The notes: a model not told the origin generated them from the sequence alone. A stretch of 64,000 nt of DNA from a bacterium (GCA_037446635.1 JBBIIG010000004.1:76186-140185); one strand, 5' to 3'; positions 1 through 11,800 are shown, numbered from the stretch's first letter. Translations and numbers: made by a program.

Positions 1-108
1 CTTCTGTTCCGCGCAGTCCTTACACAAATTCACTTCGATTTTTTTGCCATTAATCGTGTGCGCGATTTTGATGGCCGCGCTGTTGACATGGCAGACCTGA
101 CACAGCAT
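1..108 (-). CDS. mcsA: McsA/UvrB-UvrC motif protein, 5' part (runs off window)
   Basis: Manual translation from ATG at 108: MLCQVCHVNSAAIKIAHTINGKKIEVNLCKDCAEQK. The two CxxC pairs are typical of the McsA N-terminus. Starts immediately after the lolD stop. Confidence 0.8.
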   Translation of the reverse strand, partial: MLCQVCHVNSAAIKIAHTINGKKIEVNLCKDCAEQK

Positions 109-109
109 C

Positions 110-814
110 TCAAACGATCTGATTTAGTTGTTCCCGTTTAATTTGGCCGTCAAACAACTCAATTACTTTATCGGCATTTTCCGCCAGTTCAAGATTATGA
201 GTTACAATTATGAATGTTCGATTATCCTTGCGGCTCAATTTCCACAGCAAATCGTGCAGCGCCTGGCTGTTGGCCTGATCAAGATTGCCCGAGGGCTCGT
301 CGGCCAGCACAATTTTGGGATTGTTCATTAGCGCCCTGGCCACGGCCACGCGCTGCAGCTCGCCGCCGGATAACTCCCCGGGGCGATGGCTTAAACGGTG
401 CTCCAAACCCACTTCACTCAATAAAAACCGCGCACGCACGCTAATTTCTTCCTTCGGTTTGCCGGCGATTAGAGCCGGCATCATCACGTTTTCCAACGCG
501 CTGAACTCCGGCAGCAGATGATGAAACTGAAAAACGAAGCCCACGGTCTGGTTGCGAAAATGGGATAACTCGCTATCGCTAAAACCGTCGAGACTCGTGC
601 CGTCGATCATCACGGCGCCGCTGGAGGGCCGATCTAATGCGCCGAGAATATGCAGCAGCGTGCTTTTACCCACGCCAGAGTGTCCGACGATGGCGACGAT
701 CTGGCCCTGGTTCACTTCCAAATTTATACCTTTAAGAACATGCACCCGGCGCGTTCCGGACTGATAAACTTTGTGGAGCCCGCGGGCCACCAAAATTGCG
801 CCATTTGCTCTCAT
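110..814 (-). CDS. lolD: Lipoprotein-releasing ABC transporter ATP-binding subunit
   Basis: Walker A GHSGVGKST, signature LSGGELQR, Walker B LADEP. Directly follows the lolC/E-like permease. Start placed at MRANG (ATG 814). Confidence 0.9.
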   Translation of the reverse strand: MRANGAILVARGLHKVYQSGTRRVHVLKGINLEVNQGQIVAIVGHSGVGKSTLLHILGALDRPSSGAVMIDGTSLDGFSDSELSHFRNQTVGFVFQFHHLLPEFSALENVMMPALIAGKPKEEISVRARFLLSEVGLEHRLSHRPGELSGGELQRVAVARALMNNPKIVLADEPSGNLDQANSQALHDLLWKLSRKDNRTFIIVTHNLELAENADKVIELFDGQIKREQLNQIV

Positions 815-815
815 G

Positions 816-2057
816 CTACTCGTAACGGATGGCCTCCACCGGATCGAGCCGGGCGGCGCGGCGCGCCGGGTAAACCGTCGCCAGAAAACACAACGCAATA
901 GCCGCCGCTGCGATCATAATAAAATCGCTTTGCTTCATTAAAATCGGCAGCGCGCTGATAATATATACATCCGGCGGCAGCGAAAAAAACTGGTATTTTT
1001 CCTGCGCCCAACAGAGGGCGAACCCGATAGCACACCCCAGCGCCGTGCCCACCACGCCGCCAATCAACCCCTCGAACATAAAAATTTTCATGATGCTGGC
1101 AGAGGACGCGCCCATCGATTTTAAGATGCCGATCTCTTTGGTTTTCTCCAGCACGATCATGATCAGCGTGCTCACAATGTTGAACGCCGCCACCATGATG
1201 ATCAAACTAAGAATAATAAACGCCGCCCACTTTTCGATTTTCATCCACGAGAAAAGATTTTTATTCATATCAAACCAAGTAATCGTGGCGTAAGGGTACC
1301 CTAACAATTGCTCGATGCGTTTTGAAACCGCTTCGGCCTGGTCGAGATCATCCAACTTGATTTCCAAACCGGTGACGGCGTCTTTCATATCGAACAGCTT
1401 CTGTGCTTCACGAAGCGAAATATAAGCAAAGACATCGTCAAATTCAAATATGCCAGTTTCAAAATAACCGGCGACCTCGAAGGTCTTCAAATTAGGAATT
1501 TTCGACATGATGGGCGAGATGCCGCTGGGGCTGAGAATTTGCACGCGGTCGCCCAAACCCACCGTTAACTTGTCTGCCAGATACCGCCCTAACACAATGC
1601 CGGGCAGGGTGCGCTGTCCATTCGCGCCTTCGATTTCGCCGATGTTAAACGCGCCAAACACCACGTCCTCTTCGATATCCGAAACCTCGCCGACGGTTTG
1701 AGGATCGACGCCCTTTATTACTACCCCCGATTTCTTGTTTTTGGAGATGATGAGGCCTTTTTCGTTGACGTACGGAGAAACGCCGATGATGTGCGGGAGA
1801 TGGCGAATCCGCTCGCGCAGATTTTCGTGATCTTCCAGGCTTTCATAATGATATTTGCGCAGCTCGATGTGCGCGCCAAACCCGATGATGCGCGACCGCA
1901 CTTCGCTTTCAAAGCCATTCATGATCGAGAGCACGACAATCAGCGCGGCCACGCCGATCATCACCCCCAAAATGGAAATGTAATTAATCAAAGAGATGAA
2001 GCCGGTGCGGCGCTTGGAACGCAAGTAGCGATTGGCAATAAATAATTCGTAAGACAT
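816..2057 (-). CDS. lolE: Lipoprotein-releasing ABC transporter permease LolC/E
   Basis: N-terminus IANRYLRSKRRTGFISLI...SIMNGF, periplasmic domain, C-terminal EIGILKSMGA and YPARRAARLDPVEAIRYE. Confidence 0.9.
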   Translation of the reverse strand: MSYELFIANRYLRSKRRTGFISLINYISILGVMIGVAALIVVLSIMNGFESEVRSRIIGFGAHIELRKYHYESLEDHENLRERIRHLPHIIGVSPYVNEKGLIISKNKKSGVVIKGVDPQTVGEVSDIEEDVVFGAFNIGEIEGANGQRTLPGIVLGRYLADKLTVGLGDRVQILSPSGISPIMSKIPNLKTFEVAGYFETGIFEFDDVFAYISLREAQKLFDMKDAVTGLEIKLDDLDQAEAVSKRIEQLLGYPYATITWFDMNKNLFSWMKIEKWAAFIILSLIIMVAAFNIVSTLIMIVLEKTKEIGILKSMGASSASIMKIFMFEGLIGGVVGTALGCAIGFALCWAQEKYQFFSLPPDVYIISALPILMKQSDFIMIAAAAIALCFLATVYPARRAARLDPVEAIRYE

Positions 2058-2065
2058 AATTTGCG

Positions 2066-3586
2066 CTATAAATTTTCCGGCCGCATGTGCGGAAATAAAA
2101 TCACGTCGCGAATCGACGGCTGGTCGGTCAAAAGCATCACCAGGCGATCGACGCCAATTCCCAGGCCCGCGGTGGGCGGCATGCCGTATTCCAGGGCGCG
2201 CAGGTAATCGTCGTCCAACATTTGCGCTTCCTCGTCTCCCAATTCCAACAGCTTTTTTTGCTCGAGAAAACGCTGGCGCTGATCCAGCGGGTCGTTCAAT
2301 TCCGAAAAGGCGTTGCCGATTTCGCCGCCGGCGATGAACGGCTCGAAGCGCTCCACCAGCCGCGGATCGTCGCGGTGGCGCTTGGCCAGCGGCGACAACT
2401 CCACCGGGTAGTCCATCACGAACGTCGGCTGAATTAAATTGGGCTCGACTTTCTCGCTGAAAATCTCATCGACAATTTTGCCTTCCCGCCAAAACGGCTC
2501 GACTTTTATGCCCAGTTCTTCGGCGGCCTTTTTTAATTCAGCAAAATTTTTGCCGTACAAATCTTTACCCGTGAATTCTTTGATCAAATCAAAAAGTTTG
2601 GCGCGCCGCCACGGCGGAGTTAAATCAATTTCCCGGCCCTGGTGGGTGATCTTCGCGGCGCCGCTGATCTGTTTTACAATATAACTGATCATCTCTTCCA
2701 CCAAATTCATCATGAAGTGATAATCCTGGTACGCCACGTACAGCTCCATCATGGTGAACTCGGGGTTGTGAAATCGATCCATGCCCTCGTTGCGAAAATC
2801 TTTGGAAATTTCGTACACGCCGTCGAAGCCGCCGACGATCAGCCGCTTCAAATACAGCTCGTCGGCGATGCGCAGGTACAAATTCATGTCGAGGGCGTTG
2901 TGGTGGGTGATGAACGGGCGCGCCGAGGCGCCGCCGTAAATCGGCTGCAGCACTGGCGTTTCCACTTCGAGATAGCCGCGTTCGTCCAAAAATTTTCTCA
3001 TGGCGGAGACGATTTTCGCGCGCGTCACAAACACGCTGCGGACTTGTGGATTCACCACCAAGTCCACGTAGCGCTGGCGGTAGCGCAGCTCTTTATCGGA
3101 AAAGGGATCGAACACGATTTTCTCGCCGCCCGCAATTTTTTCTTTGACGATGGGCAGCGGCCGCAGGGTTTTGGCCAGCAGTTTGAGATCGGAGGTTTTG
3201 ATGGTCACTTCGTTGGTGCGGGTGAGAAAAACTTCGCCGCTCACGCCGACGATGTCGCCGATATCCAACAGGCCGAACAACTCGAAATTTTTCTCCCCCA
3301 CTTCATCCTGGCGGACGTAAATTTGGATTTTGCCCTGGGCGTCCATCACGTGGCCAAAATAGACTTTGCCGTGCCCGCGGATGGACATCAGCCTGCCGCA
3401 CACCGCAACGGTTTTGCCGAGAAAATTGGCAGAGTCGTCCAAGATATCTTTTGAAAAATGGGTGCGCTCAAAATTGTAGGGATAGGGATTGACGCCGGCT
3501 GCCTGCAGTTGCTCCAGCTTGCGCCGGCGCGTGCGCATGACTTCGTTGAGGTCGTCGGTTTCGATGGGTGGTTTATTTTCTTGCAT
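2066..3586 (-). CDS. lysS: Lysine--tRNA ligase (class II)
   Basis: [51 protein letters not shown]. Confidence 0.98.
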   Translation of the reverse strand: MQENKPPIETDDLNEVMRTRRRKLEQLQAAGVNPYPYNFERTHFSKDILDDSANFLGKTVAVCGRLMSIRGHGKVYFGHVMDAQGKIQIYVRQDEVGEKNFELFGLLDIGDIVGVSGEVFLTRTNEVTIKTSDLKLLAKTLRPLPIVKEKIAGGEKIVFDPFSDKELRYRQRYVDLVVNPQVRSVFVTRAKIVSAMRKFLDERGYLEVETPVLQPIYGGASARPFITHHNALDMNLYLRIADELYLKRLIVGGFDGVYEISKDFRNEGMDRFHNPEFTMMELYVAYQDYHFMMNLVEEMISYIVKQISGAAKITHQGREIDLTPPWRRAKLFDLIKEFTGKDLYGKNFAELKKAAEELGIKVEPFWREGKIVDEIFSEKVEPNLIQPTFVMDYPVELSPLAKRHRDDPRLVERFEPFIAGGEIGNAFSELNDPLDQRQRFLEQKKLLELGDEEAQMLDDDYLRALEYGMPPTAGLGIGVDRLVMLLTDQPSIRDVILFPHMRPENL

Positions 3587-3670
3587 GATTTACTTTCGAA
3601 TATGTGCGAATATAAAGACATTCGTATCGCTAACAGCACGTAATTTGTGCCGCAACCCAGTCCCTTCTAT

Positions 3671-3838
3671 CTATGTTTTTTGTTTTTGCTTTCTTTCTCT
3701 TTCCTTAACGCTGCAACCGTCTGGATAACTTTGATTTAATTTGCTCGATCTCTTCAACAAGCTCTCCGTAGTTCTTTCGCTTCGGATCTGTTCCAAATCA
3801 TTCCAAGCAGATACCGTCCAGATTACTCTTTTAGCCAT
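3671..3838 (-). pseudogene. Truncated ParE/RelE-type toxin
   Basis: MAKRVIWTVSAWNDLEQI is a ParE-like N-terminus overlapping the antitoxin end. Similarity is lost after about 18 codons and the ORF stops at 55 aa. Confidence 0.6.
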
Positions 3839-4011
3839 TTGGCCATCCTTTGCTCAACTTCCTCTTGGGTGAGCACACGGCCATCTTCAATATCCTTGAT
3901 ACCCTGCTCTATTTTGGCGCGCACAAAGATATGATACTGAATATCCTCAAATGAGGAATCATCTGGGATACTGTCGGGTATTCTTCGGACTTCATCTTTT
4001 GCAGTACTCAT
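3823..4011 (-). CDS. Small addiction-module antitoxin (ParD-like)
   Basis: MSTAKDEVRR..PDDSSFEDIQYHIFVRAKIEQGIKDIEDGRVLTQEEVEQRMAKWL. Lies directly upstream of the ParE-like remnant. Confidence 0.7.
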   Translation of the reverse strand: MSTAKDEVRRIPDSIPDDSSFEDIQYHIFVRAKIEQGIKDIEDGRVLTQEEVEQRMAKWLKE

Positions 4012-4019
4012 TTTCGTCC

Positions 4020-5156
4020 TCACACATTATTTTTAAAAACCCGCGGCACCCGCTCCGAAACCCAGCACGTCACCTCGTAGGGAATCGTATTCAGCCTTTC
4101 GGTGATTTCGTAAATGGTGATCTCCTCGCCGCCCTGCTGGCCCAGCAACACCACTTCGTCGCCAATTTGAATTTCGCTGCCAGTTCCGATATCCACCATG
4201 ATTTGATCCATCGTTACCCGGCCAATCACCGGCCAGCGCCGGCCGCGAATCAAAACCTCCCCGCGATTGGAGAGCAGGCGATTGTAGCCGTCGGCGTACC
4301 CAATTGCTACCGTCGCAACCCTGGTTTTTTGACGGGCCTGGTACGTGCGATTATAACTAATAAATGCGTCTTTTTCAACTTCTTTTATAAAAATCACCCG
4401 CGACTTGATGGACATCGCCGGGCGCAGGGAAAGGCTGCGGGCGGTTTCCGCGGCCGGATAGTAACCGTAAAGACTGACGCCCGGCCGCACCATGTCAAAA
4501 TAGGATTCCGGCAAATTCAAAATCGCGCCGCTGTTGGCCGCGTGTTTGAGCGGAATGCGGAGGCCCCGGTTTTCCAATTCCAAAATGATTTCTCGAAACC
4601 GCGCCAACTGGGTGTGCGAGTACGTAGGGTCGGCTTCGTCGGCGGAGGAGAGATGTGTATAAATTCCAACGATTTCGATATTCGTCAATTCACTCACCCA
4701 CTCCACAAATTGCGGCGCCTCCTGCCAGGGCGCTCCCACCCTTCCCATGCCGGTATCGATTTTGATGTGCACGCGAGCGGGTTGGCTAGGGCTTGCCCGT
4801 TTAGAAAGAACGGCCGCGAGGCCGAGATCGTACAACGTCAACTCTAAATTATATTTCAGCGATTCGGCGATTTGATCTTCAAAAAATCCGCCGAGCACAA
4901 GGATGGGTTTTTCGATGCCCGCTTCCCGTAATTCCACCCCCTCTTCCACTCGCGCCACTCCAAAATAATCGGCGCCGTGCGCGACCGCCGTTTTCGCCAC
5001 CGCCGCGGCGCCGTGGCCGTAGGCGTTCGCTTTCACCACGGCCATCACTCCTGCCGGCGCGACCCGCTTTTTGATTTCTGTCAAATTATGAGCAATCGCG
5101 CCCAGGTCGATTTCTGCAATGGCTGCCCGGCTTTCAAACGGGAATTTCGTCTTCAA
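4020..5156 (-). CDS. alr: Alanine racemase
   Basis: PLP lysine motif AVVKANAYGHG, KIDTGMGRVG, GYADGY, GRVTMDQ. Confidence 0.97.
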   Translation of the reverse strand: MKTKFPFESRAAIAEIDLGAIAHNLTEIKKRVAPAGVMAVVKANAYGHGAAAVAKTAVAHGADYFGVARVEEGVELREAGIEKPILVLGGFFEDQIAESLKYNLELTLYDLGLAAVLSKRASPSQPARVHIKIDTGMGRVGAPWQEAPQFVEWVSELTNIEIVGIYTHLSSADEADPTYSHTQLARFREIILELENRGLRIPLKHAANSGAILNLPESYFDMVRPGVSLYGYYPAAETARSLSLRPAMSIKSRVIFIKEVEKDAFISYNRTYQARQKTRVATVAIGYADGYNRLLSNRGEVLIRGRRWPVIGRVTMDQIMVDIGTGSEIQIGDEVVLLGQQGGEEITIYEITERLNTIPYEVTCWVSERVPRVFKNNV

Positions 5157-6268
5157 AAGAAATGGCCGCTTTGTTGTCTTTTTGTGAGAGAAACGCCAAA
5201 ATAAAATCGTCGAGGTCGCCGTCCATCACCCGCTGAATGCTGCTGGTTTCGTGACCAGTGCGGTGATCCTTCACCAGCGTGTAGGGCTGAAAAACATACG
5301 AGCGGATCTGGCTGCCCCAGGCGATCTCCTTTTTGTTTTTCTCGAACTCCGAAAGCTTCGCTTCTTCCTCTTCCTTTTTCTTCTGATACAACCGCGCCGA
5401 CAAAATTTTCATGGCGCTGCTTTTGTTTTTGTGCTGCGAGCGCTCGCTCTGGCACTGCACCACGATGCCGGTCGGAATGTGGGTGATGCGCACCGCGGAG
5501 CTGGTTTTGTTGACGTGCTGGCCGCCGGCGCCGCTGGCGCGGTAGGTGTCGATGCGCAAATCGTTGGGATCGATTTTGATTTCGACGTCGCTTTCGAGCT
5601 CCGGATAAACGAACACCGACGCAAACGAAGTGTGCCGCCGGGCGTTGGCGTCAAACGGGGAAATGCGCACGAGGCGGTGAACGCCGGCCTCGGCCTTCAA
5701 ATAGCCATAAGCATATTTGCCGACGACTTCGATGGTCACGCTTTTGATGCCGGCCTCTTCGCCGTATTGCAGATCGAGAATATCGCTTTGGAAGCCTTTG
5801 TTTTCGATCCAGCGCAAGTACATGCGCATCAGCATCTGCGCCCAATCCTGCGATTCGGTACCGCCGGCGCCGGGGTGAATGGTCAGCAGCGCATTGCTGG
5901 CGTCGTCCTCGCCGTTCAACATATTTTCAAACTCGATCTCGTCGATACGCTTTTCGAGCTGGTTCAGATCGTCGGCAATTTCGGCAAAGGTTTTTTGATC
6001 GTTTTCCTGCTGGGCCAGTTCCAACAAAATTTGCAAATCCGAAAATCTCGAGGCCAACTCGTTGTAAGTGTTCACGTGCTCGCGGTGGCCGCTGATTTCG
6101 CGCATCACCTGCTGGGCTTTTTCGTTATCGTCCCAAAAATTGGGTTCGGTTGATTTCTTTTCTAATTTCTGGATGATGGACGCGCGCGCCGCGACGTCAA
6201 AGACGCTCCTTTAAATGAGCGATGCGCTCGTCCAGTTGGTCTAATTTTTCTTTTAGCTCAGAATACAT
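5134..6268 (-). CDS. prfB: Peptide chain release factor 2 (programmed +1 frameshift)
   Basis: GGQ motif and SPF motif. The short upstream ORF MYSELKEKLDQLDERIAHLKERL ends in CTT-TGA-C and continues in the +1 frame. Confidence 0.97.
6196..6211 (-). promoter_or_regulatory. prfB autoregulatory frameshift site
   Basis: Minus strand reads AAGGAG-CGT-CTTTGAC: an internal SD followed by the slippery CTT TGA C. Confidence 0.95.
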
Positions 6269-6307
6269 AATTCCTCCGAAGGCTTCAGTTGAAAATTTTT
6301 GCGGTGA

Positions 6308-6336
6308 AATATACGACAAAATAAGCAGCTTGTCAA
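6308..6336 (-). promoter_or_regulatory. Sigma70 promoter of prfB operon
   Basis: TTGACA-17 nt-TATATT on the minus strand. Confidence 0.75.
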
Positions 6337-6392
6337 GCAGGTTGCGGAGGGGAGAAGGTTGGAGTAAAATTTGAGAAAATTTGATCGGAGTT

Positions 6393-7043
6393 CTACCCCA
6401 CCAGCAGATCGCTCATCATCTTTTGCACCAATTGGATTTCATCGAAGTTGATGGTGTGCCCCAAGTTCGGATACAACCGCGCGGTTACCTCCGCGCCCAA
6501 CTTTTTGAAAACTTCAGACGTTTCTAAAAAACGTTCTCGCGGAATATGAAAATCGGGATCGCTGCAGCCGAGAAAAACCGGCGTGCCCGCGAAGGCGCCG
6601 GCGTAATCGCGCGGCGTTCCCGCCGGCCCAATCAGCCCGGCGCTCAAACCAACGAGCCCACCGTAGCGCTGCGCATGGCGGGCCGCAAATTCCAACGCCA
6701 AACATCCACCCTGAGAAAATCCCAGCAGCATCACCCGCTGAGGTGGAATGCCGGCAGTTTCGAGTTGTGCGAAGATACCGGCGATCACTTGCAGCCCGGA
6801 GGAAATGCCCGGCTCGTTCTGCGGAATCGGCGCCAAAAAACTGTACGGGTACCAGGTGTTGCCGGCGGCCTGCGGAGCAAGATAAGCAAACTCCGGGCGG
6901 CGGAATTCTGCAACGAGGGTCAGGATGTCATGCGCCGTCGCGCCGCGGCCGTGAATTAGAATCATCGCGGCCAGGGCTTTTTCTAATGGCGCGCCGGCGG
7001 TTAAAACCGGCTGCCCCTGGTGCGGCGAGAGAGTACTCTGCAA
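6393..7043 (-). CDS. Phospholipase/carboxylesterase (MhqD-like alpha/beta hydrolase)
   Basis: IHGRG, nucleophile GFSQGG, D and H of the triad (SDPD, GHT). Sits next to a ring-cleaving dioxygenase. Confidence 0.85.
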   Translation of the reverse strand: MQSTLSPHQGQPVLTAGAPLEKALAAMILIHGRGATAHDILTLVAEFRRPEFAYLAPQAAGNTWYPYSFLAPIPQNEPGISSGLQVIAGIFAQLETAGIPPQRVMLLGFSQGGCLALEFAARHAQRYGGLVGLSAGLIGPAGTPRDYAGAFAGTPVFLGCSDPDFHIPRERFLETSEVFKKLGAEVTARLYPNLGHTINFDEIQLVQKMMSDLLVG

Positions 7044-7144
7044 AAACGTTCCTTGAAATTTTAATTAAATCAGGACTATTGTAAAAATCCCTTAGAGGAG
7101 ATGGCTTCTGTCAATGAAAGCAGACCATGAATTTCCAAGCTAAT

Positions 7145-7231
7145 AGCTTAAGCTTAATAAATTAAGCTGCTGCTGTCTATAGTCGATTTCAATCGACTTC
7201 AGCAAATTAGCCTGATGATTCATCATCAGGC
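7145..7231. repeat. Cluster of short palindromes
   Basis: AGCTTAATAAATTAAGCT (7151-7168), AGTCGATTTCAATCGACT (7181-7198), GCCTGATGATTCATCATCAGGC (7210-7231). Confidence 0.7.
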
Positions 7232-7255
7232 GATCTGATTTTTACAATAGTCCAG

Positions 7256-8200
7256 TTAAATTTTAGGGAAATTGACGGACGGCAGCGCTTGTTCGATTTT
7301 TTGGCGATCCGCTTCCAGCCACGGCGGCAGTTTCAGATTTCGGCCTAACTCTTCCGGCGGCTCATCAACCGTGAAGCCCGGCGGATCCGTCGCAATCTCG
7401 AACAACACTTGTCCCGGCTCACGAAAATAGATGGAACGAAAATAGTTGCGATCGATCACCGGCGTGACGTTGTAACCGAGTCGAGCCAATTCGCTGCGCA
7501 GCTTGAGTTGCGCGGCTTCGTTTTCGGCGCGCCAGGCCACGTGATGAACGGCGCCCACTCCCATTCGCCCGGGCGGCGCATCGGGCAGGCAAAGGAGATC
7601 GACGATTGCGCCGGGCCCGCCTTCTCCCGTCTCGTAACGAAAACGATTGCCGGACTCGCGCAGCGGGCGAAATCCTAAAGTCGTGGTCAGCAAGCCGGCG
7701 GTGCGTTCATAGCCTTCCTCCGCCAGCGCCACGTGATAAAACCCACGAATGGCGTGAGCCGCCGGCGCCGGGCCGCCCTCCCAGAGCGGACGCGGGTCGC
7801 GGGCCGAGGCAACCAGTTCCAACTCCACGCCGTCGGGATCGTTCAAGCTCAAAACCTCTTCATCAAAACGAGTGAACGGGCCTTTTAAATTAACATTGTA
7901 TTTTTGCAAACGCTCGCTCCAATATCCCACTGCGCTTTGCGGAATGGAAAAAGAGGTTGCGGCGACTTGCCGCACACCGCGCCGGCCAAGCAGTCCCTGC
8001 GCGCCCCACGGAAAAAAGGTGATGATGCTGCCGGGCGCGCCCACTCCGACTCCGAAATAAAAATGGTAAGTGGCGGGATCGTCGAAATTGACGGTCTTTT
8101 TGAGCAGCCGCAACCCCAAAACGCCGCAGTAAAAATCAACGTTGGCTTGCGGATCGCCGGCGATGGCGGTAACGTGGTGGATTCCGAGGGTCGAGTTCAT
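7256..8200 (-). CDS. mhqO: Ring-cleaving dioxygenase, MhqO/LinE/PcpA family (VOC)
   Basis: GIHHVTAIAG, KKTVNFDDP, VHHVAWR, DRNYFRSIYFREP, EIATDPPGF. Confidence 0.88.
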   Translation of the reverse strand: MNSTLGIHHVTAIAGDPQANVDFYCGVLGLRLLKKTVNFDDPATYHFYFGVGVGAPGSIITFFPWGAQGLLGRRGVRQVAATSFSIPQSAVGYWSERLQKYNVNLKGPFTRFDEEVLSLNDPDGVELELVASARDPRPLWEGGPAPAAHAIRGFYHVALAEEGYERTAGLLTTTLGFRPLRESGNRFRYETGEGGPGAIVDLLCLPDAPPGRMGVGAVHHVAWRAENEAAQLKLRSELARLGYNVTPVIDRNYFRSIYFREPGQVLFEIATDPPGFTVDEPPEELGRNLKLPPWLEADRQKIEQALPSVNFPKI

Positions 8201-8201
8201 C

Positions 8202-8843
8202 TCAGGTCAGCGGTTGCGCATTTTCGTCTTTGAAATCGATCTCCACGTGCGTGCCGTCGCAGAACGGTTTATTTTTGGAGGCGCCGCAGCGGCACAGCGA
8301 GTAGTGTTCCGGCGAAGGCGGCTGCGCGTGTTCACAAATAAATTGGATGCGGCCAGTGACATTGAGCGGCCCATCTTTCACAATATCAACCGCCGGCGGA
8401 CGCTCTAAATCGCGATGGTGAATCTCCTCGATGCTGTAACTGAGCGCGCCGGAAGGGCAGCGTTTGACGACTTCGATAATTTCATCCACCGCCGCCGCGT
8501 CCGGCTGAATCCACGGGCGCTCGCCAAACCGGAAAACCGCCGGCAAGCGGTTCACGCATTCTTTCGCGTGCGAACAGATCACCCGGTTATCGTGAATGGT
8601 GATGCGTTGGCCTTGGTATTTTCTTTCTCTGTCCAAAGGCTTATCAATCAGACGCTCCCCGCGAAACCCGATTTTTTTGTGGCTGCCGTCGCAAAAGGGT
8701 TTATTTTGCGAAGTCCCACAGCGGCAAAAGTGCATTTCTTCCTTGCAGGCGAGAGCCTGCCCGTTTGGAAGCCGGCAGGTTTGCAACCCCGTGATGCGGA
8801 TCGGCCCGTCTTTCAAAATTTCAATGACGACGTTTGATTTCAT
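8202..8843 (-). CDS. CDGSH iron-sulfur protein with central divergent 4Fe-4S domain
   Basis: Two CxCxxSxNKPFCDG(S/T)H motifs flank CSHAKEC...CPSGAL. Confidence 0.9.
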   Translation of the reverse strand: MKSNVVIEILKDGPIRITGLQTCRLPNGQALACKEEMHFCRCGTSQNKPFCDGSHKKIGFRGERLIDKPLDRERKYQGQRITIHDNRVICSHAKECVNRLPAVFRFGERPWIQPDAAAVDEIIEVVKRCPSGALSYSIEEIHHRDLERPPAVDIVKDGPLNVTGRIQFICEHAQPPSPEHYSLCRCGASKNKPFCDGTHVEIDFKDENAQPLT

Positions 8844-8859
8844 ATTTTTCCAAATTCAT

Positions 8860-8890
8860 AAACTCCGGGGTTTTAAAAACCCCGGAGTTT
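8860..8890. repeat. REP-like palindrome
   Basis: AAACTCCGGGGTTTTAAAAACCCCGGAGTTT, just after the amylase stop codon. Confidence 0.8.
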
Positions 8891-8896
8891 AAAATG

Positions 8897-11800
8897 TTAT
8901 TTTGTTAAAACCAATTTTCTCGTGGCCGCAAAACCCTCGGCGTCCAAACGGTAGAGATACACGCCGCTGGCTACTTTCACGCCGTGGGCGTCGGCGCCGT
9001 CCCACACTACCGAGTGGCGTCCGGCCGCAACCGGTCCGGAATACAGCACGCGGATGAGTTGGCCTTTGAGGTTATAAATTCCCAACGCCACCGCGCCGGC
9101 TTTCGGCGTCGAAAAATGAATGGTGGTGCTGGGGTTGAATGGATTGGGATAATTTTGTTCTAAAATAAAATCCGAAGGCGCAGACGTCAACGAGCCTTCG
9201 TCGGGTTCGCTTTGGGAGTTATTTTCTCCCAAACCGTTTTTAGCCGAAACGGTTGCGCTTCCAAAAAAGCTCTCGAGCGTCACCTGCACGTCCTCGCCGA
9301 CGATCACGTCCTTGCCCCAAAACGCGCCGGTCGCATCCGTGTTTTGCCGCAGCCAGAGTGTGCCGTTTGGAACGTAAAAATTAGCAACTACTGTATTATT
9401 AATTCCGATTTGAGCGGCTTTGGGAGTCGCGCCCAAATTGCCGCTGCTGCCGTTGACGCCAGCCACGTAGAAAATAATATCCGAGGCCGCGACGCCGGCG
9501 CCCGTTTGCGGCCCAATGTACGCCTTCAAATCCGAATCGAACTTATCGGCGATGCGCAGCTCGCAGGCGGCGGCAAACAGAAGCTGGCTGTTGTCGCGCG
9601 AATCGATGGAGCGAATGTTGTAAATGCCGCCGGTAAAAAGGATTTTTCCTTTCGCTCGCACCACGATGTCGCGGTAATCGCCGGCGGCCAGTGAAATGGA
9701 GTCGTCCTGAGCGACTTCGATATCCTGCGCCCCGGGCGCGGCGGATTGGAATGGCGGCAGCGCGGACAGAATTGGCAAAGACAGCGGCGAATTCAGCGCG
9801 CCGGTGATCGCGCCGTTGTTGGTGAGCTGATTGTAAAACACGTCGCTGGCCACCGTCGCCCCCTGTTTGACTTTGATGCGGTGGGCTTTGAGATCGAACC
9901 CCGCCGCAGTGGCGACGCTCTGCCCCACCGACAGCTCAACCTGTGAATCCAGCACCGGGCCGGGGCTGGCGTCGTTGACCAGCACATTGCCGGAAAGAAT
10001 ATCCGCGCCCTGTTTCAACCAAACGCTGTTGGTAGCGAACACCACCGTGTTGCCCACCGCCGGATCGACCGGCTCGACGCCGTTGCCGGTGAGGGCGGCG
10101 TCCAGCGGATTTTCATCCGGGTCGTCGCTGGCGATGCGCAGGGTGGCGGTTTTCGCACCGGCCGTCGCGGGATTAAAACTCACTTCGATGTTTCGGCTCT
10201 GAGCCGGTGTGAGGGTGAACGCGCCGCCGCCGCTGTCAATTGAAAATTCGGAGGCGTTCGTCCCCACCAACGTCGTCGCGGTGACATGCAAGTCAGCCAG
10301 ACCTTCGTTGGTCACGACAAACGTTTGCGAGGCGCTGCCGCCAACGGTCACGTTGCCGTAATCATGTGAAGCCGGCGCCGCGCCAATGTCCGGCAACTCA
10401 ACTTCAAAGGCCGTGATGAGCGAAATGCCGCCCACCGAATAATTGCCGCTGCCGTTGTTGGTGGTGAGATTGAACGGCGTCGAGCCGCCGCGCGACGCCG
10501 GCCGCTTGGCGGAAAACGTAAAATTGGTTCCCGACGGCGCAAAGGTGACACTGGCCGCCTCTGCCATCGTCTGCGAGCTTTGATCGAAAACGGCCAGCCG
10601 TAGAGGGTCGCCATTCAGCAAGCCGCCTTTGGCTTCGCCGGAATTGCTGCCGCCCAACACCTCGATGATCAAATCGTGCACGCCGTCCCAGCGGAAGCTT
10701 TGGCCGATTCTTCCTAATCCAACAGCATCAGAACCGCTGGTGTGCAAAATGGCGATTTCGTCGCCGGGCTGAATCGGCGCGCCGTTGATCGTGAAATTGT
10801 TGACATCGCCGGCGCGCAAAACCAGGTAGTGCAGTTTTGCGCCCACGTGATTTCCGAGAGTGAAGGAACTCGCCGGTTCTTCCGGCGGCCGCGGGTAGAG
10901 TCCGGTCGGGGCGAACCAGGCGTAGTTGCGCGGACCGCTTTTGTAGAGCGCTCGGCCATCGCCGAAAACTTGCGAGGACTGAAACAAGAAGGCGTCGGAA
11001 TAATCGCGTACCTCGCTGTTGGCCCAGCCGCTGGGGGAGTCGAGGAAAAATTCGTAGGTGTTGTTGGGATCGTCGTTCAGCATCAGCATCGCGCCGTCGC
11101 GGCCCGTGCCGGTGCCATTGCGGCGCAGGGCGAATAAATCATCGCCAATGACGCCCTGTGGAGAAAACGGATTGAGGTTGGCGACGGGTGTGGTGCCGCC
11201 CACGGCCGTTGCGCTGCGCAGCGCCATCTGCCATTTGATTTCTTCGTCGAGATGATACCAGTACCAGTCCTTCCAAAAAACCGAAGGCCGGCCCTCAGCG
11301 GCCATGATGTAAGCATAGGCGATATGTTTGTCGAAGATCACCGGGTCGTGGCCGCCGTCGGTGAATAACTCCAAACAGGTGTTGCCAATCTGGAGATTTC
11401 CGCCGGGACAAGTGACGACGCGCCAGCCGATGCGATCGGTGTCGTGGTTTTCAACAAAAGTCACAATGTCTTCGCCCGCGAGGGCGCCGCCGGGGTTCAG
11501 CCGCAAACCGGTGAAGTTCAGATTCCACATATCGAACCCGCCGCCGGTGTTGTTGCAGAGATCGCGCAGCGCGAAGCGCAAATTAAAATCGAAGATGGCG
11601 AAGTTGGCGTCTTTGCTGCCGGTGCCAAACGTGGAGACGAAGCGCTCGACGTCGTCGTGGTAAAACTTCAGCGCGCCTAAATTGCCGTCGAAAAATTCCC
11701 CCACCGCGAAGGGCTGCGGCCCGTTGGCCAGCTCCACCAAAAACGGCGCGAGAAATCCCGGCTCGATGTGCTTCACCGCATCCAAGCGGAGTTCATCAAA

